Below are positions 18,096-25,729 of a stretch of 64,000 bases of DNA, piece by piece. The position numbers and the translations under genes were made by a program. The notes beneath the pieces were generated by a model. That model saw nothing but the letters and a program-made list of their open reading frames with translations. It was not told where the DNA came from and did no database searches. This DNA comes from a bacterium. GTDB lineage: Bacteria > Patescibacteriota > Minisyncoccia > Minisyncoccales > JAGLPU01. The stretch lies in the NCBI GenBank assembly GCA_030635055.1, contig DAOVZN010000003.1, positions 4,121 through 68,120 of the forward strand, in the 5' to 3' direction. The stretch's first letter is position 1, and each line of letters begins with the position of its first letter.

Positions 18096-19148
18096 ATGTT
18101 TAATAAACTTTTTTCATATTTATCACAAGATATTGCCATTGACTTGGGAACAGCCAACTCCCTGGTTTATGTCCGCGGAGAGGGAATTGTTATTGCCGAA
18201 CCTTCAGTTGTGGCTATTAACAAAAAAACAGGCCAGGTTTTGGCCATTGGCAATGAAGCGAAAAAAATGGTTGGCAAAACTCCATCTCATATTGTGGCGA
18301 CCCGGCCATTGGTAAAGGGAGTGATCTCTGATTTTGAAGTCACTGAACAGATGTTGAGGTATTTTATTGAGAAAGCGCAAAAAAAGAGATTTCTTATCGG
18401 GCAGGCTCCAAGAGTGATTATCGGAATTCCTTGCGGCGTGACCGAAGTGGAAAAAAAGGCGGTTCAGGACGCGGCAAAATCAGGCGGAGCCAGAGAAGTT
18501 TTCTTGATTGAACAGCCTATGGCCGCCGCCATCGGCGCGAGGCTGCCGGTTCAGGAAGCAGGAGGCAATTTTATCGTTGACATTGGAGGAGGAACAACGG
18601 AAGTGGCGGTTATTTCTTTGGGAGGCCTGGTATTGGCAAAAAGCCTGAGAATTGCCGGAGACAAGCTTTCCGAAGATATTATTTATTTCGGACAAGAAGA
18701 ATATAAGCTGCTGATAGGTGAAAGAACTGCTGAAAACATAAAAATTAACCTTGGCTCAGCTTATCCGGTAAAACAAAAAAAAGAAATGCCTATGAGAGGC
18801 AGAAATCTAGTTACGGGACTGCCGGAAGAAATCTCAGTTTCTGACGTGGATATCCGCCGAGCCATGGAAAAATCAGTAAAACAGATCGTAAACGCGATAA
18901 AAGCCACTGTAGAAGAAACCCCTCCCGAACTGCTGGCTGACATTATGTCCAGAGGAATACATCTTGCCGGAGGAGGAGCATTATTAAGGGGATTGGATTC
19001 TTTGATCTCCAAAGAAACCAAAATTCCCTGCAAGATCATTGACGACCCTTTGACCGCAGTTGCGAGAGGAGCGGGAATGGTTTTAGAGAACATAGACGAA
19101 CTTCACGATGTATTAGTAGAAATAGGAGAGCTGGAGCCTCCAAAATAA
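18096..19148 (+). CDS. mreB: rod shape-determining protein MreB, paralog 2
   Basis: IAIDLGTANSLVYVRGEGIVIAEPSVVA...VDIGGGTTEVAVISLGG...LAGGGALLRGLD. Closer to canonical MreB than paralog 1. Confidence 0.92.
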   Translation: MFNKLFSYLSQDIAIDLGTANSLVYVRGEGIVIAEPSVVAINKKTGQVLAIGNEAKKMVGKTPSHIVATRPLVKGVISDFEVTEQMLRYFIEKAQKKRFLIGQAPRVIIGIPCGVTEVEKKAVQDAAKSGGAREVFLIEQPMAAAIGARLPVQEAGGNFIVDIGGGTTEVAVISLGGLVLAKSLRIAGDKLSEDIIYFGQEEYKLLIGERTAENIKINLGSAYPVKQKKEMPMRGRNLVTGLPEEISVSDVDIRRAMEKSVKQIVNAIKATVEETPPELLADIMSRGIHLAGGGALLRGLDSLISKETKIPCKIIDDPLTAVARGAGMVLENIDELHDVLVEIGELEPPK

Positions 19149-19152
19149 AAAT

Positions 19153-19434
19153 ATGATCAATAAAGAAGAAGTTAAACATATAGCCGAATTAGCCAGACTG
19201 GGCTTGAATGAAGAAGAAATAAAAACAATGGAAAAAGAACTTTCCTCTATTTTGGATTATATGGAAACACTCAAAAAAGTTGATGCCGAAGACAGCGCTA
19301 TCACCAATTATTCAAAGTTGATTGAAAACACCATGAGAGAAGATAAAATAAAAACAACGGAAAACAACGCTCAATTAATGGGCGCTGTTCCGGAAATGGA
19401 AAAAGGATTTATTAAAGTTAAAACAGTATTATGA
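19153..19434 (+). CDS. gatC: Asp/Glu-tRNA amidotransferase subunit C
   Basis: 93 aa. VKHIAELARLGLNEEEIKTMEKELSSILDYMETL. Overlaps the gatA start. Confidence 0.9.
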   Translation: MINKEEVKHIAELARLGLNEEEIKTMEKELSSILDYMETLKKVDAEDSAITNYSKLIENTMREDKIKTTENNAQLMGAVPEMEKGFIKVKTVL

Positions 19435-20855
19435 AACTGTCTAAACTTGATATCAACCAACTTCATCAGGGATTAGTTAAAAAAGAATTCTCCAGCCAGG
19501 AGATCACTAAAGATTTTTTGGAACAAATTGAGAAAAAGAACAAAGAAATCTTTGCTTATTTAAGCGTGCATAAAGAATCTGCTTTGGCTCAAGCTGAAAA
19601 GGTGGATGCTTTAATCGCTGAGAAAAAAGAAATCCCTTTATTGGCAGGTATCCCGACGGCAATGAAAGACATTATTATGATTGAAGGAGAAAAATGCACT
19701 GCGGCTTCAAAAATATTGGCTGACTATACTGCCTCTTTTGACGCCACTGTTATTAAGAAACTGAAAGAACAAGGCGCAGTAATCTTAGGCAAAACCAATA
19801 TGGATGAATTTGCCATGGGTTCTTCAACTGAAAATTCCGCGTTTGGAATCACTCGCAATCCTTGCGACACTGAAAGAGTCCCGGGAGGCTCGTCCGGAGG
19901 CTCGGCAGCGGCCGTGGCGGCTGACATGTGTGTCTATTCCTTAGGCTCAGACACAGGGGGTTCCATTCGCTTGCCGGCCTCATTTTGCGGAACAGTGGGT
20001 TTAAAGCCCACTTACGGAAGAATTTCCCGTTATGGATTAATGGCTTTTGCTTCTTCTTTGGATCAAATCGGACCTTTAACCAAAACAGTGGCAGACGCTA
20101 AAATCGTTTATGACGCGATCAAAGGAAAAGATCCTTTGGATTCAACTTCAGTGGAAGTAAAAGATGAAGATAAGAAGATAAGCGTTAAAGGATTGAAAAT
20201 AGGAGTGCCTAAAGAATATTTTGTTAAAGGAATGGACCCGGAAGTTGAAAAGGTAATTAGAGAAACAATTAAAAAATATGAACAAGAAGGAGCGATCATT
20301 GAAGAAATAAGCTTACCCAGCACTTCTTACGCTCTGCCGGTTTATTATATTATCGCCACCTCGGAAGCCAGCTCCAATTTAGCCAGATACGACGGTATCA
20401 AATACGGATTTTCTAAAACAAAAGACAGCAAAAGCTTATTGGATGTTTATTTGCAAAGCAGGGAAGAGGGAATGGGCGAAGAGGTCAGGAGAAGAATCAT
20501 GCTGGGAACATATGTTTTGTCAGCCGGCTATTATGACGCTTACTATATTAAAGCTCAAAAATTAAGAAATATCATTAAACGGGACTTTGCCCAAGCTTTT
20601 GAAAAAGTTGATGTTATTTTTACTCCGGTCTCTCCGACAGTCGCTTTTAAGATCGGCGATAAAATCGCTGATCCTTTATCAATGTATTTGGGTGATATTT
20701 ACACCATTTCTGTTAATCTTGCCGGCTTGCCGGCAATGTCTACCCCTTGCGGTAAAGCTCACAACCTTCCGGTGGGACTTCAGATTATCGGTCCGGAATT
20801 TTCGGAAAACAAAATATTTAGCGTTGGACAAATATTAGAAAACTATGGACATTAA
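19431..20855 (+). CDS. gatA: Asp/Glu-tRNA amidotransferase subunit A
   Basis: Amidase signature GGSSGGSAAAVAA...GSDTGGSIRLPASFCG. Confidence 0.94.
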   Translation: MKLSKLDINQLHQGLVKKEFSSQEITKDFLEQIEKKNKEIFAYLSVHKESALAQAEKVDALIAEKKEIPLLAGIPTAMKDIIMIEGEKCTAASKILADYTASFDATVIKKLKEQGAVILGKTNMDEFAMGSSTENSAFGITRNPCDTERVPGGSSGGSAAAVAADMCVYSLGSDTGGSIRLPASFCGTVGLKPTYGRISRYGLMAFASSLDQIGPLTKTVADAKIVYDAIKGKDPLDSTSVEVKDEDKKISVKGLKIGVPKEYFVKGMDPEVEKVIRETIKKYEQEGAIIEEISLPSTSYALPVYYIIATSEASSNLARYDGIKYGFSKTKDSKSLLDVYLQSREEGMGEEVRRRIMLGTYVLSAGYYDAYYIKAQKLRNIIKRDFAQAFEKVDVIFTPVSPTVAFKIGDKIADPLSMYLGDIYTISVNLAGLPAMSTPCGKAHNLPVGLQIIGPEFSENKIFSVGQILENYGH

Positions 20856-21363
20856 TCCTATAATTTCATATATAATTTCGCCTGAGCTGCAGGAAACTCT
20901 ATACCCTCTTAAAGTCGCTTCTTTTATTGTTGTTTTCTTTTTCTTAGGTTTTATCACTTGGGCTGTCTTTAAGACAATGTGGATTAAGTTCCATATACTT
21001 TTTGATCTGGTGGAATTTTTGACTATGCGCCCTTACGGAGTTAAAAAAGTTAATAAAATATGGAATAGAGCGGCTGAAAAAGTTAGAAGAAACGACCAAA
21101 GAGAATACAAGCACGCGTTGGTTGATCTGGATAAAACTTTGGATTCTATTTTAAGAAAATCAGGGAATAAAGGAAAAAATCTGGAAGAAAGATTGAGCCA
21201 GCTCACGGAAGGAGGATTTCCTCCTTTGCTGCGAATATTGGAAGCTCATAAAATCTGTGAAGAAATCAAAACCGACCTTTATTACGATCTTGAGCCGGAA
21301 GAAGCAGAAAAAATGCTCGCTGCTTACAAGGAAGCGTTTTTGTGTTTACACGCTTTTAATTGA
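20845..21363 (+). CDS. hypothetical membrane protein
   Basis: 172 aa with one N-terminal TM (LKVASFIVVFFFLGFITWAVF) and a helical soluble domain. Overlaps the gatA end by 11 nt. Confidence 0.55.
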   Translation: MDINPIISYIISPELQETLYPLKVASFIVVFFFLGFITWAVFKTMWIKFHILFDLVEFLTMRPYGVKKVNKIWNRAAEKVRRNDQREYKHALVDLDKTLDSILRKSGNKGKNLEERLSQLTEGGFPPLLRILEAHKICEEIKTDLYYDLEPEEAEKMLAAYKEAFLCLHAFN

Positions 21364-21435
21364 CATTTTCTCATTATCGTACTAAAATAAAGAATGCTCT
21401 TTAAAAAGAGTTATAAGATTAAGAGGTGATGACCG
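21360..21435 (+). promoter_or_regulatory. promoter + leader with GGTGAT SD
   Basis: TTGACA, 17 nt, TAAAAT (21383). Leader ends AAGAGGTGATGACCGATG. Confidence 0.65.
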
Positions 21436-21858
21436 ATGGTTGGAGAAGATGGCACTTACAAAATAGGAGATTTCGATCCGGACTTAATGAGACTTCTAAA
21501 CAACATAGAACAAGAAATTTCCAAAATGGAAGTGTATGAAGTAAATCCGGAAAGATTAAGAAGCCTATATTCCATATACGGAGAAGGTGGAATAATGCTT
21601 GGCGTACCAATAAGATACATAAGAGACGACATTAATCTGAAAGAGGGTTACGAAATTCTTGACCAAAAACGTAAGCGCGTAGAGGAAAAAATTCCTGAAG
21701 GAATACCATTCCAGGCAAGATTGAAAATAGAAGATGTTACGCAAAGCGCCTACGAAGAAGCTGTCCAAGGATTGGAAGAAATACATAAAGACAAAGAAGC
21801 GGCAAAACAACGGGCTGAAGATATAAATAAAATGGAACAATTCGTGCCCTATGTTTAA
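21436..21858 (+). CDS. hypothetical protein
   Basis: 140-aa ORF. Monocistronic unit with its own promoter, SD and terminator. No recognised motif. Confidence 0.55.
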   Translation: MVGEDGTYKIGDFDPDLMRLLNNIEQEISKMEVYEVNPERLRSLYSIYGEGGIMLGVPIRYIRDDINLKEGYEILDQKRKRVEEKIPEGIPFQARLKIEDVTQSAYEEAVQGLEEIHKDKEAAKQRAEDINKMEQFVPYV

Positions 21859-21865
21859 ATTATAT

Positions 21866-21893
21866 TGACGGAAATTTTCCGTCATTTTTTTTG
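21866..21893 (+). terminator. intrinsic terminator
   Basis: TGACGGAAAATTTTCCGTCA followed by T8. Confidence 0.8.
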
Positions 21894-21933
21894 AAAACTT
21901 GCTTTTATTCTACTTTTAGATTAAAATAATCAC

Positions 21934-22004
21934 AGCGCCGTGGAGGAGTAGTACCTCGTGGGTCTCATAAGCCCAAGGCCCTCGTGCAATTCGGGGCGGC
22001 GCAA
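21934..22004 (+). tRNA. tRNA-Met (CAT), initiator-like, non-canonical elbow
   Basis: Hand-folded cloverleaf laid against E. coli tRNA-fMet. A1.A72 mismatch, A11-U24, anticodon stem TGGGT/GCCCA, loop CTCATAA, discriminator A. D-loop is only AGTAGTA and T-loop is TGCAATT. No encoded CCA. Confidence 0.65.
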
Positions 22005-22019
22005 CAAGCAGTGTTTTTA

Positions 22020-22092
22020 GCCGGTGTAGCTCAGCGGTTAGAGCAGAGTCTTCATAAGGCTAAGGTCGTAGGTTCGACTCCTACCATCGGCA
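22020..22092 (+). tRNA. tRNA with CAT anticodon (elongator Met, or Ile2 if lysidine-modified)
   Basis: GCCGGTG/CATCGGC acceptor, D arm GCTC-AGCGGTTA-GAGC, anticodon loop TTCATAA, T arm GTAGG-TTCGACT-CCTAC. Confidence 0.85.
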
Positions 22093-22107
22093 CAAATCTT
22101 ATATTAT

Positions 22108-22181
22108 GCAGCGGTAGCTTAGTGGTTTAAAGCGCCTCCCTGTCACGGAGGAGATCGTGGGTTCAAATCCCATTCGCTGCG
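22108..22181 (+). tRNA. tRNA-Asp (GTC)
   Basis: GCAGCGG/TCGCTGC acceptor, anticodon stem CCTCC/GGAGG with loop CTGTCAC, T arm GTGGG-TTCAAAT-CCCAT, discriminator G. Confidence 0.9.
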
Positions 22182-22187
22182 CAAAAT

Positions 22188-22218
22188 AAAAACTAGCGTC
22201 ATTTAGACGCTAGTTTTT
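22188..22218 (+). terminator. intrinsic terminator after the tRNA cluster
   Basis: ACTAGCGTC-ATTTA-GACGCTAGT then TTTT. Confidence 0.8.
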
Positions 22219-22252
22219 AATCTTTTACCTGTCTATAAAAATACCTGAATTT

Positions 22253-23662
22253 ATGTTAAAATATTCTATAAGCATGAAAAAATTCGGAATTGTTTTTACA
22301 TTATCAATCTTTTTTATTTCAGCCTGTTTTTATTTGGCTTCTTTTTTTATCCCCAGAACGGCTATGGTTGAAACTATTCCGGATATTTATGCCGGTGATT
22401 TGGTAAATTTAACAGTAAACCAAGAAGAACCTGAGCGAAACTCCGTTTACCTGAAAACCATTCCTGACTTAAAAAAAGACTTTATTCTGGAGAAAAAAGA
22501 CTTTTTGGAAATAAACCTGGACAAAATGGAGGTGCGAGTGTATCAAAAAGGGGAAATCATTAAACAGGTGGAGATTTACAAGAAAGGTAATGTCGACAGC
22601 TGGGGAGGAACAGCCTCGGGACACTATGAAGTGCTGAGAAAGATTAGAACAGCTTGGTCAGCTGTTTCAGAAGTGTATATGCCTTATGCTCTTCATTTTT
22701 ACGGCAAATACTATATTCATGGCGAATCTTACTACCCGAATGGCAGTAAGCTTATTTCTTCGGTGTCAGGAGGCTGTATCAGGCTTTTGGACAAAGATGC
22801 CAAGGAAATATATGGACTGGTTGACAAAGGAATGGCCGTTTTGGTCATAGACAAAGAAAACAGCAAATACGAACACCAGCCCTCAGAAGAGCTTCCGAGT
22901 ATAATGGCTAAGAGCTGGCTTGCGGCTGATTTAGGTTCCGGTTTCGTTTTTGGCTCCGCAAGTTCGACTGAACAATATTCAATCGCTTCTTTGACTAAGT
23001 TGATGACCGCCATAACAGTGGTTGAAAAGATAAGCTTAGATAAAACCATTTGGGCAAGCAAGCAAATGTTGGAAGCTTATGGCTCCACTGAAAAACTGAC
23101 TGCCGGAAGCAGATACGGAGTAGTTGAGCTGCTTTATCCCTTTTTAATAGAATCCAGCAATGATGCCGGAGAAATTTTAGCCGGCTATTTGGGAAGAGAA
23201 AATACTATCGCGTTAATGAATGAAAAAGCAGAAGCAATTTTGATGGAAAAAACTGATTTTGCCTGTCCCAGCGGCTTTGATTTGAACAATATCTCCACTT
23301 CTCAAGACCTTTTCCAATTAGCCAGATACATATTTAACAACCGTCCTCCTCTTTTAGCGATCAGCAAAGGAGAATCCGTTCCCATTTTTGGCTCCAACCG
23401 CTTTAAAAACGAAGGATTATGGAATAAAAATCTTTTTACTTCCGACCCTAATTTTGTCGGCGGGAAAACAGGCTACTTGCCGGAGATAAAAAACAACGGG
23501 CTTTTCATTTTTCGTTTCCTTGACGAAAATGAAGAAGAAAAAAACATAGTAATTGTTGTTTTAAACTCAAAAGACAGCAAAGGAGACACTCAAAAAATTT
23601 ATCGCTGGCTAATGGAAAATTATTCATTATCGCCGGCAGTCCCAATCAATGAACAAGAATAA
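22253..23662 (+). CDS. L,D-transpeptidase (YkuD) fused to D-alanyl-D-alanine carboxypeptidase (S11, PBP5-like)
   Basis: N-terminal TM. YkuD catalytic stretch YIHGESYYPNGSKLISSVSGGCIRL. Then SxxK (SIASLTK), SxN (ESSNDAG) and KTG (GGKTGY) motifs. Confidence 0.8.
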   Translation: MLKYSISMKKFGIVFTLSIFFISACFYLASFFIPRTAMVETIPDIYAGDLVNLTVNQEEPERNSVYLKTIPDLKKDFILEKKDFLEINLDKMEVRVYQKGEIIKQVEIYKKGNVDSWGGTASGHYEVLRKIRTAWSAVSEVYMPYALHFYGKYYIHGESYYPNGSKLISSVSGGCIRLLDKDAKEIYGLVDKGMAVLVIDKENSKYEHQPSEELPSIMAKSWLAADLGSGFVFGSASSTEQYSIASLTKLMTAITVVEKISLDKTIWASKQMLEAYGSTEKLTAGSRYGVVELLYPFLIESSNDAGEILAGYLGRENTIALMNEKAEAILMEKTDFACPSGFDLNNISTSQDLFQLARYIFNNRPPLLAISKGESVPIFGSNRFKNEGLWNKNLFTSDPNFVGGKTGYLPEIKNNGLFIFRFLDENEEEKNIVIVVLNSKDSKGDTQKIYRWLMENYSLSPAVPINEQE

Positions 23663-24692
23663 CGTTGTAACAATCTGTCTGCTGATAATGGCGATAGCTT
23701 TTGTTTCTTACCTTATTATTTCTTTAGATGAAATAATAGCCATTCCAACTCAATCTCCACCAATAATTTCAGTGGGAAACATCCATCCGAAAACAATCGC
23801 TTTCGTTGGTGATATTATGCTGGACAGGGGAGTGGAATACTTGATTGGAAAAAATGATGTTTTTTATCCTTTTGAAAAAATCAGCCCGTTTTTAAATGAA
23901 TTTGATTTTGCTTTTGGAAATCTGGAAGGGCCAATAGTGAGAAAAACAAAAGCCTTTCCTGATGAAAGCCTGATGTTTTGCTTTGAAAAAGAAACAATTA
24001 ATGGTCTTATTTCAGCCAATTTCAGCGTTGTTTCGCTGGCAAACAACCACACCCTAGGCATGGGAAAAGAAGGATTGAATGAGACCAAAGAATTATTAAC
24101 AGAAAATAAGATAGGGTTTGTTGGCGATCCTTTATCTTGTTCCGAAGATTTCATTCTTGAAAAAGACGATCTGGTTTTCTTGGCTTTTGACCGCACGCTG
24201 CGCGGCTGCGAAGATAAAGAGCTTATTAATACCATAAAATCAATCAGAATTAAAAATCCGGACAAATTCTTAATCACCAACCTGCATTGGGGAGTGGAAT
24301 ACGAATTGAAAAGCAACGCTTCTCTGCAGCAAGAACTGGCCCATCAAATAATTGATGCCGGAGCTGATCTAATAATCGGCAGCCATCCTCATGTGGTCCA
24401 GGAAATAGAAAAATACCAAGATAGGCTCATATTCTATTCTTTGGGCAACTTCATCTTTGACCAGTATTTTTCAACAAACACCCAACAAAGCTTAGCTGTA
24501 GGATTGGAAATTTACCCTAACGAATTAGTTTACAAGATATATCCTTTACAAAGCCATTTGGCACAGCCTGCTTTGATGGAACAAACTGAAGCCAAAAAAT
24601 TTCTGGAAGAGCTGTCTGAAAGGTCTGCCAAGGATTTGTCTTCTGAGATAAAAACTGGTATAATAAGAATAGAAAAACAGCTTGATTCATAA
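23649..24692 (+). CDS. CapA-family metallophosphoesterase (poly-gamma-glutamate synthesis-type)
   Basis: FVGDIMLDRGV, SLANNHTLGMGKEGL, NLHWGVEY, GADLIIGSHPHVVQ, YSLGNFIFDQ. Confidence 0.8.
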   Translation: MNKNNVVTICLLIMAIAFVSYLIISLDEIIAIPTQSPPIISVGNIHPKTIAFVGDIMLDRGVEYLIGKNDVFYPFEKISPFLNEFDFAFGNLEGPIVRKTKAFPDESLMFCFEKETINGLISANFSVVSLANNHTLGMGKEGLNETKELLTENKIGFVGDPLSCSEDFILEKDDLVFLAFDRTLRGCEDKELINTIKSIRIKNPDKFLITNLHWGVEYELKSNASLQQELAHQIIDAGADLIIGSHPHVVQEIEKYQDRLIFYSLGNFIFDQYFSTNTQQSLAVGLEIYPNELVYKIYPLQSHLAQPALMEQTEAKKFLEELSERSAKDLSSEIKTGIIRIEKQLDS

Positions 24693-24703
24693 TATAAATT
24701 AGT

Positions 24704-25726
24704 ATGCTTAAAGACCTTAAAGAGCTAAAAGACAAAGCTCAAGAAGAAGTAAAAACAGCCAATAGCTCAAGAGAATTGGAAAGAATATCCAAAGAATATC
24801 TGGGTAAAAAAGGAGAACTTACCCAGATTTTGCATTCTTTGAAAGATTTGCCCAAAACAAGCCGAGCAGAAGTGGGAAAAGAAACAAATGAGATTATAGA
24901 ATTCTTAAAAACTGAAATTGAGAAAAAACTGTCAGAGATGGAAGAAGTGGATAAAAAAGAAGAAGAGCAAAAAGAATGGATTGATGTTAGCGCTCCGGCT
25001 CCAAAGCCCAATTTGGGTCATTTGCATCCTTTGACCATACTTAAAAGAAAAATTGAGAATATTTTCAACACTATGGGATTTACCATAGTTGAGGGTCGGG
25101 AGGTGGAAAATGAATGGTATAATTTTGACGCTTTAAATATTCCAAAGAACCATCCGGCCAGAGACGCTTGGGACACCTCATGGCTCAAAGATGGCAACTT
25201 GCTTCTGCGCACCCATACTTCGCCAGTGCAAATACATTATATGGAAGAGCATCAGCCGCCTTTGCGCATTGTTGTTCCGGGCAAGGTTTTTCGGCACGAG
25301 GCCACTGACGCTTCTCATGATTTCCAATTTTATCAAATAGAAGGATTGATGGTGGATAAAGAAATCTCAGCCGCCAATTTTAAGGCTGTTATTGAAGAAT
25401 TTTTCCGCCAATTCTTTGACAAGCCGGTTAAAGTCCGGCTTCGCCCAGGTTTTTTTCCTTTTGTTGAACCCGGTTTTGAAATAGATATGAGCTGTATGGT
25501 CTGCGGAGGGAAAGGTTGCAGCACCTGCCAAAAAACAGGCTGGATAGAAATGATGGGAGCGGGAATGGTTCATCCCAATGTTTTAAAAGCTGCCGGCCTG
25601 AATCCCAAAAACTGGCAAGGATTTGCTTTTGGCATGGGTTTAGATAGACTGGTAATGATGAAGTATAAGATAAATGATATTCGCTTATTCCATGGCAACG
25701 ATTTAAGATTTTTAAAACAGTTTTAG
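24704..25726 (+). CDS. pheS: phenylalanine--tRNA ligase alpha subunit
   Basis: LRTHTSPVQIHYM...FRHEATDASHDFQFYQIEGL...GFAFGMGLDRLVM. Class II motifs. Confidence 0.94.
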   Translation: MLKDLKELKDKAQEEVKTANSSRELERISKEYLGKKGELTQILHSLKDLPKTSRAEVGKETNEIIEFLKTEIEKKLSEMEEVDKKEEEQKEWIDVSAPAPKPNLGHLHPLTILKRKIENIFNTMGFTIVEGREVENEWYNFDALNIPKNHPARDAWDTSWLKDGNLLLRTHTSPVQIHYMEEHQPPLRIVVPGKVFRHEATDASHDFQFYQIEGLMVDKEISAANFKAVIEEFFRQFFDKPVKVRLRPGFFPFVEPGFEIDMSCMVCGGKGCSTCQKTGWIEMMGAGMVHPNVLKAAGLNPKNWQGFAFGMGLDRLVMMKYKINDIRLFHGNDLRFLKQF

Positions 25727-25729
25727 ATT

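Noticed and set aside
21900-22260. Genomic island, integrase or att site next to the tRNA clusters at 21.9 kb and 58.5 kb.
   Set aside because: No integrase or recombinase ORF, and no duplicated tRNA 3' segment, is visible within the window.
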